From Rhizophagus irregularis (Eukaryota): DNA of 64,000 nt. Both the position numbers and the translations under genes were made by a program. Below are positions 52,053 through 64,000 of this stretch, in pieces; the first letter of the stretch is position 1, and every line of letters begins with the position of its first letter. The stretch is from the NCBI RefSeq assembly GCF_026210795.1, contig NC_089435.1, positions 496,001 to 560,000 on the forward strand, in the 5' to 3' direction. The notes beneath the pieces were generated by a model. The model made no database searches and was not told where the DNA came from. It worked only from the letters and a program-made list of their open reading frames with translations.

Positions 52053-55000
52053 GGGATGTTAATAACAATCAAATAGTCATCCAATCAGAACAAACGAATA
52101 TTTCATTACAAATTTTCTTGTTTGTACTTTATAACTGATAAAGACTGATCATTGTAAGGGATCTACTGTATAACGCAATTATGATTATAACAATGAGAAA
52201 AAGGGGCTATGGTTTTGAATGGACTTTTGACAAATTCGAACTATACTAATAGGCGATTTGTCGATCAGTTTGAAAATTCAATTACGTAGGGCAAATTATT
52301 CATTAATGTTTTGCGCAACATATGAAGTCATATGCGCTTTTATAACGTCAAAAATTTTCGATAACGTGATTTAACGAATTTTATTGGCCAGATTTATTTC
52401 GTACAACATTTATCTTTGAAAAATTTTCATAAAAAAAAATATAAAGAAACACTTTATAAAATTTATTGTTGGTTTTTTTTATTAAAATTAGCGATGAAAT
52501 TATTTATTATTTTAGAAATTTGACAATAGTTCTTTGTATTAATTATAATAATTGCAATAAAAAGATAATTTTTATAATGTATTAAATAGAAAAGTCTTAT
52601 TCAAACTTGATAGTTTACCTTTATACTTCCAGGTTGTAAAAAAAATTGTATTTAATATATAAAAAAAGCGTTTTTATATTCACAACAAAGTAAAATATAA
52701 TAAAATTAAGAAAATAGAATAGAAAAACTATAATAAAAGAATAATATAAAATTTCAAAGAAATTACTGGAAATAAACACAAAACACGCTAATACTAACAG
52801 GTGAGGCTGTGAAAATATTATTTTTATCGATATTATTATTAGATTAATAGTACAAAGTCACGTTACCGAAAATTTTTTTGTGGTGTTCTAACTGCGCGAA
52901 TCCAATTTCTATCACTGCAGTAGCAACTTTAAGATTATTAATTAAAAATAAAAAAAAAAATGAAAAAGAGGATATAAAAAGATTAGTCCGTTGATTTTAT
53001 TTGAATCGCATCATTGCTGACTAACGTAATTCCGATTTGTGCTTACCACCACAGCATCTCACTGAACCCAATCTAAACCCAAAAGATAAAAAATATCGTT
53101 ATACATGTGCCATCAAAACTCGCCATCCGATTTTGAAGTTAATGAAGATCAATTTGATGATAAAATATTAATTTTAATTTAATAGTTAATTAGAAAAAAA
53201 AATCCCAATTTTGCTGATCAAGCCTAAAGAATAAATAAAATTAATTTATAATATTTACTAAAAAATGCAGCGGCAATGCATTTTTTTAAACATTTAATTA
53301 CTTATAATACCTATAGTAATAATAATTATCAAAAAAGAAATATTCAATAATTCTTTTTCTATTTTTTTTTTAACACCAAATCTGGCATAGATTGATAATT
53401 TTTTAAATACCAAAGTATAAAGTTATCCAACCATTTTTAGAATTGATCGACTGATTCACTAATACAAATCAACCCTTTCCAATTGCCAAATAAAACCTTA
53501 AAACTTTTTGAATGATTATTCTCAGAATAACCCTGTAAAAAAGGTTGATCTGGTTTTATATTCCATCTTTTTTCCGTAAAAGGTTCATATTTCCAATTAT
53601 TTACATTTTCCGTGAATGGAACCGTGAAAGGCTCATTTTTACGGAGTTTTACAGAAATAACGGATAAAATTTTTTATAGCTTTAACTTTTTTAGGGTTTA
53701 TATATTCTTTTATGAGTTTGTAAGATTTAATATATGTTAGTACTAGTGTTTTAATATTAGTGAGAATGTACAATTTTTGAATGAATCCTTTTACTTTTCG
53801 TAATAATAATCTAACATTATGGTCATAAAATATATTATATAAGTAGAAATATGAATAAAAAAATCTATACGAACGCTTTTATTGTAATATAACTTGTACA
53901 TTTATACCTAAATGTAAAACAACATAATATATTATGTGATTATTTCTGAGTGACCAATATATTTTTTAAGTTGTTATTTCAATTCGATACTATTTTAATT
54001 TTATCGTTATATCAAAAATATCTTCCCATTTTGTATTTCATTACTTTTTTAAATGTGTCATTTTTTTCAAGGTTCTGAAAATATAAAAATAACTTTTCAT
54101 GATATTTATTTAAATTTTCAAAAGAAAAAATGATTACAGTTCTAAAATTTGTTATCGATACGTGTAAATATTTTTGAATATATTACAAATTTTTAAAACC
54201 TTTCATTTATAATAAAAAATTTCGTACACTTCCGGGTACAGCGTACCTATAACTATATGAATCACGTAAAAAATTTTACTATTTTTATTATATTTTAATA
54301 CAATTATTAAATAAAATAAAGTTAACAGGAGAAGTTTAATAATCGCTAAAATCGGTTAATACCCCTTTTTACTGGATCATCTCATCATGTGATATGATAT
54401 CCACTTACAGAGTTAGTCGCTAAAATTCCACGTCTTCAACTTCATTATGGAGGAACATAAGATTCTGACGCTAATTTAAATTATAAATGATTTATTTTTG
54501 AACCATTTTGACCAAAAATAAGTTAATTTTGGTTCTTATTTTGTTTTTAAACCTTTATTTAGTTTTAGTTTGGCTTTTTATTTATTTATTTTTTTTATCT
54601 TTTACACTTGCACAGTTTTACATATATATCCCATAGTGCGAATTTTTAAATAATTCCCTTAGCCAAAAGAGTTACTACATATTGTTTTTTTTTGTTCATT
54701 AAAAAAGTTTGTATAATAAAAAACACGAAATTCTAAAAAAATTTTTTTTTATTAATAACGAAGCCCGTAAAATTAATTATAGATTGCCAATCATTTTCTC
54801 CTGTTCGAATAAATATCATTAATATTGCTGAAAATGACATTAAAAAAGGTATTATTTAAATTGTTACGTTGGTATGATAATCAATTTACTAATCATACCG
54901 TACCTACTGTTTTGCCGCATACTATCATTAAAGTTGCAGGTACAGTACGAAGCCAAAATATATGAAGATTGTACTTGTAATAAATAACACAAGCCTGATT

Positions 55001-55941
55001 ATTAACAAGGTGTTCAAATTGCGTCCAGCTGACAAGAAGCTATTTATTAAAATTTCAAAAAATAATAATTCCATTTATTCATTACGTACTATATAATAAA
55101 ATTATCAACCCCACTTTCTTTATATATTGTAAAAAATATATTTGATATTATATTTTTTTTTTATAAACATGCAAAAATTTGCTATCTAAATTTATAAAAA
55201 AATTTTCTGAAACTTGATAATTAGATTTTTTACAATAATAAAGTCATTCTTCCCAATTTTTTAAATTTTCTTTCAATGAATCAAATTCTAATGGAATTGA
55301 GATCAGCAGATAAAACAATCATAAATTATTCGTACCTCTCACTCCATATCGTACCGTATCGCATTATATAGAGTTATTTATATATATACTATATATGTAA
55401 ACCATATCTCTTCGACCTGTGTATAATATTAGTATAGATATAAATTTCATTAATCTTCATAAGAGTACATTCATATTGTCACGTCACTACTTGTTTTACC
55501 TCCTTAACATCCTAGTTAATGATATATTGTATAATGAGTTTGACCTTGATGTCATTTTTTTTTTTGATAATTGTATGAATTTTTTGTTTTTATTTCACAC
55601 CTTTTTTCTCATTTTGTAACTTTCCTGACTATTTTAACTAAAATCATTTAGCACGAACATAATTAGATATGTAAATTTAGTATTTGTATTAAAAAATAAA
55701 TTTGGTCGGTCGATTAAACAATCCTTTTAGCTCTTTTAGTCTAATTGATGAGAGAATTTGTATGCTGTGTGCAGTATGCTGTAACAGCTGATTTTTTCTA
55801 GTATATCGTATATAAAAGAATAACCTATAGAGACGTACAGTAGATCGAAACTTTATTATTAAACAAAAATATTTTTGTAATAATTATACATATCATAAGG
55901 GGATTTGATTCACGGGTTAAAATTACTTTATTGCCTTTTGC

Positions 55942-56356
55942 GGAGGTCGTCTAAAGCAGGGGCAAATCACGTGACTTCGAAAAAAATTGTTTTCATAAAA
56001 TAAAACTTTTTACCATATATTCAACCATTCTAAACACACATCCTAAATGCATTTTTGCCTGCTCTGCAAGTTTACTTAGAGCGCAGAGTAGGGTTTTGAA
56101 TGCTGTTTTTGATTTATTTGACTTTTTCAATTTCGTTATCCATTTTTGGATATGATCGGCAAAGTTTCGTTCATTCATATGTAAAGTCAAAAACAATATT
56201 CATAATCCACTTTTTTTCCTTAAGTAAACTTGCAAAGCAGATAAAAATACGCTTATATTATGATTTTAAAGTTTCTATTAATCTTTCTTTATAAAAAATT
56301 AATCTAATTAAAATTACACCGAATCACGTGATTTGCCCCCGCTTTAGACGACCTCC
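55942..56356. mobile_element. MITE with ~33-bp TIR and internal palindrome
   Basis: GGAGGTCGTCTAAAGC(A/G)GGGGCAAATCACGTGA at both ends. Flanks ttgccttttgc / ttttccttttttgc may be a degenerate TSD. Confidence 0.8.
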
Positions 56357-57889
56357 TTTTCCTTTTTTGCGTAATACTAAACTGATCAGCAAACACAAGA
56401 TTTCACATATCAATTAAAAAAATTTTTTTTTTTTGAACTTCACAACGTTAAAAAAAAATATTTTATAAAAAAACCGTGTTTTAACCCATCCGACATAGTC
56501 ACAATCCATCCGACTTAGGGAGTTAGGGTATGTCAGTTTGTGAGTTGTATGAATATTTAGTGCTGGAGATTTTTTTTATTCTTTTGACTAGTTTTCTGTT
56601 TCTTTTTTTTTCTTTTTACCTTTTAGATCTAAGAATTTTTGTAAAAAATATTGTTCTAAATTCCCCCTTTTTTGCTTATATAGGTTCATTTGAGAAGACT
56701 TATTGTAAGGATATTTTGAAAGTGAATTTTTGAAAAGAGTTTGGGTGGTTATCTTTATATTTTATTATTTTTTTGTCATAAGTGTTGAGCGTTCAAATGT
56801 TTATTTTTCTTATTATACTTAAATTTAAGTATTATAAATACTGTAATATATTAAATTTATAATTTAAAAATCAATTTTTAAGTTTTAACTTGTAGACTCA
56901 TATACTACTACTTGTGTACTTTTTAAAATTAGAAATTAAATTAAAAAGAAAGCGAAAGTAAAAAAACATTTTAGCGTTATCATATGATGTTACATCGATC
57001 TACGTATCATAAATCTGGCCAAAATTATGTATAATTCCAGCCAAAATTAAAATCGTATCAAAATTGTATTTTTTTTAATCACATCTTTATGGATATCGTG
57101 CAACGCATCCTTAACTTTTCTGTGCCTGCATAATGCAAAAATTCAGCATATTTAGGCGATGAAACAAATCCGCCGATATGTACTTCTTCAAAATATAAAA
57201 ATACATTTAAATTTAATAATTTCTATTTATAACGGTAGTTATCAATCTTATTATTAACCGAATGAGGAAATGAGATTTCAGATAGCTTAGATAACACATC
57301 AAGTCTTGCTATTTGTTCAGACGTCAGTCTAAAAAAATTAAAAATCAAAAAAATTTAATAAGCCAAAAAAAAAGCAAATACATTTTTTTACCAAACATCA
57401 TACTCACTTGAATTCAAGTGTTTTAAGATTCAAGTTGAGTAACAGTTGTAGAATTAATTATTTATCTAACCTAATTCAAAGTAACCTAAAATAAAAAAAT
57501 TTTCACGTCAATTAAAAAAAAATTACTTTATATAAATTATAAATAATTACTTAAGCGGGAGTTCTATTAAATTTCCGATACAATCATTTAAAATTTTCCA
57601 ATTTTTTTATTTTTTGCAGTATCCGCAACTACTTGATCGCAACATCCTGATTTTGGATCATTATAAAAGTTTAAAATAGCTAATTTTTTATGGTATTACA
57701 TATTATGACATTACGTGATTTGTTATATAGATCATAATTTAGTTTATAAAAAAGAAATTGTTTAATTTTATTAAATCATATATAACTTATAAATAAAGTG
57801 AATTATTCAAATTACAAACTAAGAAACCTGCAAATATTGCTACTCTAAACCTTAGTGTTTAAATAATTCTAAATAACTAATAATAAAAT

Positions 57890-60073
57890 TTAATTTAAAA
57901 GATAATTAAGATCCATCTTACCTAAAAATTGGTTATTATAAGTTAATATTAATAATAGTACGCAAGAAGATATTCTAAAAATATACTTACAGTCAGAAAC
58001 TTTTAATTCAGCCTGTTCTTCTGAATGAAAATTGGGATCATCATCATCTAACTTTAAGATTAAAATAAAATTGTAAGTATCCTATTTTATTACACGTATA
58101 ATTCTTAAATAATTTTATAATAACGAAATAAAATTTCTTAGATCTAGAAATAATTACCTTTATCATTATTATCTAACTTTATTTTTTTAGGGTTAATAGT
58201 TAAATCATCTTGTCCTTCTACTTTTAAGTAATAGAAAATCAATTATTTTTACTTACAGCTGACAAACATTTCATAAAATAACTCATTACCATTAAAATAA
58301 ATTCTTTTATTAGATTCGTCTTTTACTTCTTAAAAAAAAAAATAAATAAACTGTTAAATTATTTCAATTAAGAAATTTCAAAATTTTGTATTAATTATTA
58401 CCTGTAATCATGCCATCTTGTAAATCAAAGTCAAATTGTATACTATGATAAGCTATAAAACAAACGTTATAAATACTATACTTTTCCATATATAATTTGT
58501 TTTGACAAATATTGATGATTACCTTCTTGTTCTTCTATTAAATAAAAATATAGATGACCAGCTATTATGATGTTAACTAATCTTGATAAATAAATTTTTT
58601 TTACCTTTTGTTGCATTTCTTGGTTCAGGCAAATCTTTAAAATAATAAACTCTGCTACTAGAATTTCTAAAAAAGGAGTTAATAGAGTTAGTAGAACTAA
58701 TACTAAAATTTGTATTTAATTGAAAGTTGTCTATGCTTGTAATGTTATTTGTCTGTTGTTCATCATTTTCATTAATAAGATATGATCTATATAAAGATTT
58801 TATTTCATCATAAAGAGTATCAATATCAGGTCTTTTTGATGGGTCAGCATCCCAACATTGTTCCATTAGTTCTTTATATTTTAAAGGAGTTCCCGGTATT
58901 ATTCTTGGCCTCATTCCATTTATTATTTTCAGTGTAAGATCATAATTATGTTTATAAACAAAAGGTGGTTGTCCGGATGAGATTTCCCACATAAGCATAC
59001 CAATACTATATACATCAGACGCAAAAGAATATTTCATTTTTACAATAACTTCAAGAGCTATATAAGGAAGATTTCCATATATACTATTTAATGGTTTATC
59101 AGCTGGTCCACAAAACCCAAGATCGCTTATACGAACATCTATTTTACCAAATAATATATTTCCAGAATGCAAATCTCTGTGAATTGCATTTTCTTTATGA
59201 ATTCTAGATACACCATACAATATATGATAAATAATATGAATTCTTCTTTTCCATGTGAGTTTATTATTATTTTGTTGTAAATATTCTCTTAAATTATTAT
59301 GCAATTCAAACATTACAAGCATATAATTCCCATCTGATGGATCTTTTGTTATACCATAGCATTGAACAACATGACCATATTTGTTACTTATAGATAAATG
59401 AGATTTACACTATAAAAAATAATGGATATTACTATATAGTAATTATTTTAATCACTTTTTCAAATAATTTTAAATTACATACCTCTTCAAACCAACTTTT
59501 ATTAGCACTTTCAACATTTTCTAACTTTTTGAGTACTACATAATGTCCTTCATATCTTTTTAATTGTTTTTCTTTTGAATCCCATTCATCATAATGTCCA
59601 TCAATCCAATATGCTTCATAAATTTCAGAACATCCACCTTTAGTTAAATATTCAATATTTTGTAATTTATCATATGGGATCCATTCTACTATTCTATTTG
59701 GTTTAAGTGTTTCCATTTGACATTGTTGTATTAAATTATCAATATCATTATTTCCAGATGTCCAGTTTGAAAATTTTGATTTTAAATAATTTCGAACACA
59801 ATGTTCACAGTATAATGTAGCTAAACATTCATCATGACAATTTTCACAAATTCTTTTTGTTCCTTCATTATAAAAAATTTTATAATAGTCAAATTCTTTA
59901 TTTAATAATTTCACTGCATTTGATTTTTCATCTTTTGTAAGAGATTTGTCATCAAGAATAGTTTGTTGCATAAATTCAAGTCGTTTATCTATGGTATCTT
60001 GAGTATTATAATCTGTTAATGCATATGCTCTATGACATGCAGCAAAAACTATGTTTTCTCGAATAGAAGTCAT
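57890..60073 (-). CDS. Tyrosine-kinase-like kinase, tandem copy A; multi-exon
   Basis: CENC..CEHC, GGCSEI, VVLK, HRDLHSGN, DLG; APE motif reads ALE. 3' micro-exons; the exact stop (57890 or ~57906) depends on the acceptor used. Confidence 0.85.
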
Positions 60074-61177
60074 AATGTGAGATAAACATAAATTTTTTTT
60101 TTATTAAAAATGAAATTTATGGATTAACAAATTCCGGAGCGAGTTTCACAAAATTTCGTAAACAAAGCAAATATTAATTAGACGAGTTAATTGTCACGCT
60201 CATGCATAATATAAATAAATATTGTACAGTACAGGTGATAAACAGAGTGATGATTAATGTGGTGAACTTGCAGGGGCTGCAGGGGCTGCAGGTGCATAAA
60301 TCAAAAACGTTCAAATAAAGAATGGTCAATCACGCTATTGAAATTTTAAATCACGTGAGTCACGTGAACCAAAGAAATAACGAAACAAATTGTAAAAGGA
60401 AAAGATTACGTAATTTGAAAATTTACACACAATATTTGTACGTTTATTATCGCAGTGTAATTGAACAAATTAGTGAGAATTTCTGTTATAACTTGATTTA
60501 TATCAAATAAATCTTCTAAAGTTGATTTATAGACAAATTACAGTTTAGTAAAGTAGTTGGTGCTTCAAATCAAGCGATTATAACATTCGAATAATTATAT
60601 AAAAACGATCTATTGTCGATTAATAAGAAACCATGGTTTAAAGTTAAACAAGTCGCACGCGTGTCCCACTACATCATAACTCTATACAGTATCGTTGTCA
60701 TACTTTATCATATTGTTTCTGATATATTACAAAAATTTATATAAAATAAATAATGAATTGGAAGAAAAAAGATTTGCAAATTTGTTTATAAACAGAATAA
60801 TTCTACTACATATCACAGAATTAATACTTATAAATTCTAATTTTTTTTTATAAAAAAGGTACGTCAAAAATTAATTTTTTTTTCTGATAAAATTTTATAA
60901 ATATATTATTTTATTAGTACGCAAAAAAATTCAAAAAAGTGTTTATCTATTATAAAAGTTTAAAATAGCTAATTTTTATGGTATTACATATTATGATATT
61001 ACGTGATTTGTTATATAGATCATAATTTAGCTTATAAAAAAGAAATTGTTTAATTTTATTAAATCATATATAACTCATAAATAAAGTGAATTATTCAAAT
61101 TACAAACTAAGAAACTTGCAAATATTGCTACTCTAAACCTTAGTGTTTAAATAATTCTAAATAACTAATAATAAAAT

Positions 61178-63368
61178 TTAATTTAAAAGATAATTAAGAT
61201 CCATCTTACCTAAAAATTGGTTATTATAAGTTAATATTAATAATAGTACGCAAGAAGATATTCTAAAAATATACTTACAGTCAGAAACTTTTAATTCAGC
61301 CTGTTCTTCTGGATGAAAATTGGGATTACTTATATCATCATCATCTAATTTTAAGATTAAAATAAAATTGTAAGTATCCTATTTTATTACACGTATAATT
61401 CTTAAATAATTTTATAATAACGAAATAAAATTTCTTAGATCTAGAAATAATTACCTTTATCACTATTATCAAACTTTATTTTCTTAGGGTTAATAGTTAA
61501 ATCATCTTGTCCTTCTACTTTTAAGTAATAGAAAATTAATTATTTTACTTATTGCTGATAAATAATTCATAAAATGACTCATTACCATTAATGTAACTTC
61601 TTTTAATAGATTCGTCTTTTACTTCTTAAAAAATAAATAAAATATTAAATTATTTCAATTAAGAAATTTCAAAATTTTGTATTAATTATTACCTGTAATC
61701 ATGCCATCTTGTAAATCAAAGTCAAATTGTATACTATGATAAGCTATAAAAACAAACGTTATAAATACTAGTATACTTTTCCATATATAATTTGTTTTGA
61801 CAAATATTGATGATTACCTTCTTGTTCTTCTATTAAATAAAAATATAGATGTCCAGTTATTATGATGTTAACTAATCTTGATAAATAAATTTTTTTTACC
61901 TTTTGTTGCATTTCTTGGTTCAGGCAAATCTTTAAAATAATAAACTCTGCTACTAGAATTTCTAAAAAAGGAGTTAATAGAGTTAGTAGAACTAATGCTA
62001 AAATTTGTATTTAATTGAAAGTTATCTATGCTTGTAATGTTATTTGTCTGTTGTTCTTCACTTTCATTGATGAGATATGATCTATATAAAGAACTTGTTT
62101 CATCATAAAGAGTATAGATATCAGGTCTTTTTGTTGGATCAGCATCCCAACATTGTTCCATTAGTTCTTTATATTTTAAAGGAGTTCCCGGTATTATTCT
62201 TGGTCTCATTCCATTTATTATTTTTAGTGCAAGATCATAATTATGTTTATAAACAAATGGTGGTTGTCCGGATGAGATTTCCCACATAAGCATGCCAATA
62301 CTATATACGTCAGACGCAAAAGAATATTTCATTTTTACAATAACTTCGGGAGCTATATAAGGAAGATTTCCATATATACTATTTAATGGTTTATCAGCTG
62401 GTCCACAAAATCCAAGATCACTTATATAAGTATCTCCATTATATAATATGTTTCCAGAATGCAAATCTCTGTGAATTGCATTTTCTTTATGAATTCTAGA
62501 CACACCATACACTATATCATCAATAATTTGAATTCTTCTTTTCCATGTAAGTTTATTATGATTTTGATGTAAATATCCTCTTAAATTATTATCCAATTCA
62601 AACATTACAAGCATATAATTCCCATCTGATGGATCTTTTGTTATACCATAGCATTTAACAATTTGACCATATTTGTTACTTATAGATAAATGAGATTTAC
62701 CCTATAAAAAATAATGGATATTATTATATAGTAATTATTTTAATCACTTTTTCAAATAATTTTAAATTACATACCTCTTCAAACCAACTTTTATTAGCAC
62801 TTTCAACATTTTCTAACTTTTTGAGTACTACATTATGTCCTCCATATCTTTTTAATTGTTTTTCTTTTGAATCCCATTCTTCATAAAATCCATCAATCCA
62901 ATATGCTTCATAAATTTCAGAACATCCACCTTTAGTTAAATATTCAATATTTTGTAATTTATCATATGGGATCCATTCTACTATACTATCTGGTTGAAGT
63001 GTTTCCATTTGACATTGTTGTATTAAATTATCAATATCATTATTTCCAGATGTCCAGTTTGAAAATTTTGATTTTAAATAATTTCGAACACAATGTTCAC
63101 AGTATAATGTAGCTAAACATTCATCATGACAATTTTCACAAATTCTTTTTATTCCTTCATTTTCAAGAATTTTATAATAGTCAAAATCTTTATTTAATAA
63201 TTTTACTGCTGCATATGATTTTTCATCTTTTGTAAGAGATTTGTCAGCAAGAATAGTTTGTTGCATAAATTCAAATTGTTTGTCTATGGTATCTTGAGTA
63301 TTAAAATCTGTTAATGCAAATGCTCTATTAATTGCATCAAAAACTATGTCTTCTCGAATAGAAGTCAT
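61178..63368 (-). CDS. Tyrosine-kinase-like kinase, tandem copy B; multi-exon
   Basis: Same exon structure as copy A, with intact HRDLHSGN, DLG and APE. Confidence 0.88.
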
Positions 63369-64000
63369 AATGTGAGATAAACATAAATTTTTTTTTTTAT
63401 TAAAAATGAAATTTATGGATTAACAAATTCCGGAGCGAGTTTCACAAAATTTCGTAAACAAAGCAAATATTAATTAGACGAGTTAATTGTCACGCTCATG
63501 CATAATATAAATAAATATTGTGCGGTACAGGTGATAAACAGAGTGATGATTAATGTGGTGAACTTGCAGTTTCTGCAGGTGCTGCAGGTGCATAAATCAA
63601 AAACGTCAAATAAAGAATGGTCAATCACGCTATTGAAATGTTGAATCACGTGAGTCACGTGAACCGAAGAAATGACGAAACAAATTGTAAAAGTTGTAAA
63701 AGGAAAAGATTACGTAATTTGAAAATTTACACACAAAATTTGTACGTTTATTATCGCAGAATATAAGTGAACAAATTAGTGTGAATTTCTGTTATAACTT
63801 GATTTTTATCAAATAAATCGTCTAAAGTTGATTTTTAGACAAATTACAGTTTAGTAAAGTAGTTGGTGCTTCAAATCAAGCGATTATAACATTAGAATTA
63901 ATGCAAAAAACAATCACCTGTTGACTAATAAGAAACCATGGCTTAAAGTTAAACAAGTCGCATGCGTGTCCTACTACATCATAACCCTATACAACATCGT

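Larger units (their letters stand above)
57659..64000. repeat. Direct tandem segmental duplication, ~3.29-kb period
   Basis: ~57659-60700 matches ~60949-64000 in exons, introns and both flanks. Confidence 0.92.

Noticed and set aside
56515..56528. Two TTAGGG hexamers
   Set aside because: Too few to distinguish from chance.

Overview
AT-rich, intron-containing eukaryotic DNA. The gene families (HRDLHSGN/DLG tyrosine-kinase-like kinases, Sel1-repeat kinase, BTB-BACK-TLDc, BTB-SPRY, P450, Crinkler-type PD-(D/E)xK nuclease) point to a repeat-rich accessory region of an arbuscular mycorrhizal fungus (Glomeromycotina, Rhizophagus-like); this is inference from gene content. From 1 to 30 kb: a ~30-repeat Sel1-kinase broken by two TAA codons at the same repeat position, a 3.9-kb non-coding foldback transposon (8-bp TSD) with a nested TA-MITE, several MITEs, two strongly base-paired ~500-nt non-coding segments, a kinase and a BTB-TLDc gene. 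From 35 to 53 kb: an inverted duplication of a convergent nuclease+P450 cassette in which each copy keeps a different intact gene, with gene-conversion-like tracts, an inserted decayed DDE transposon and a telomere-like patch. From 57 kb to the end: a recent tandem pair of kinases whose N-termini have diverged much more than their introns. No rRNA, tRNA or CRISPR array was recognised. All analysis was by eye; exon ends and family assignments need computational confirmation.
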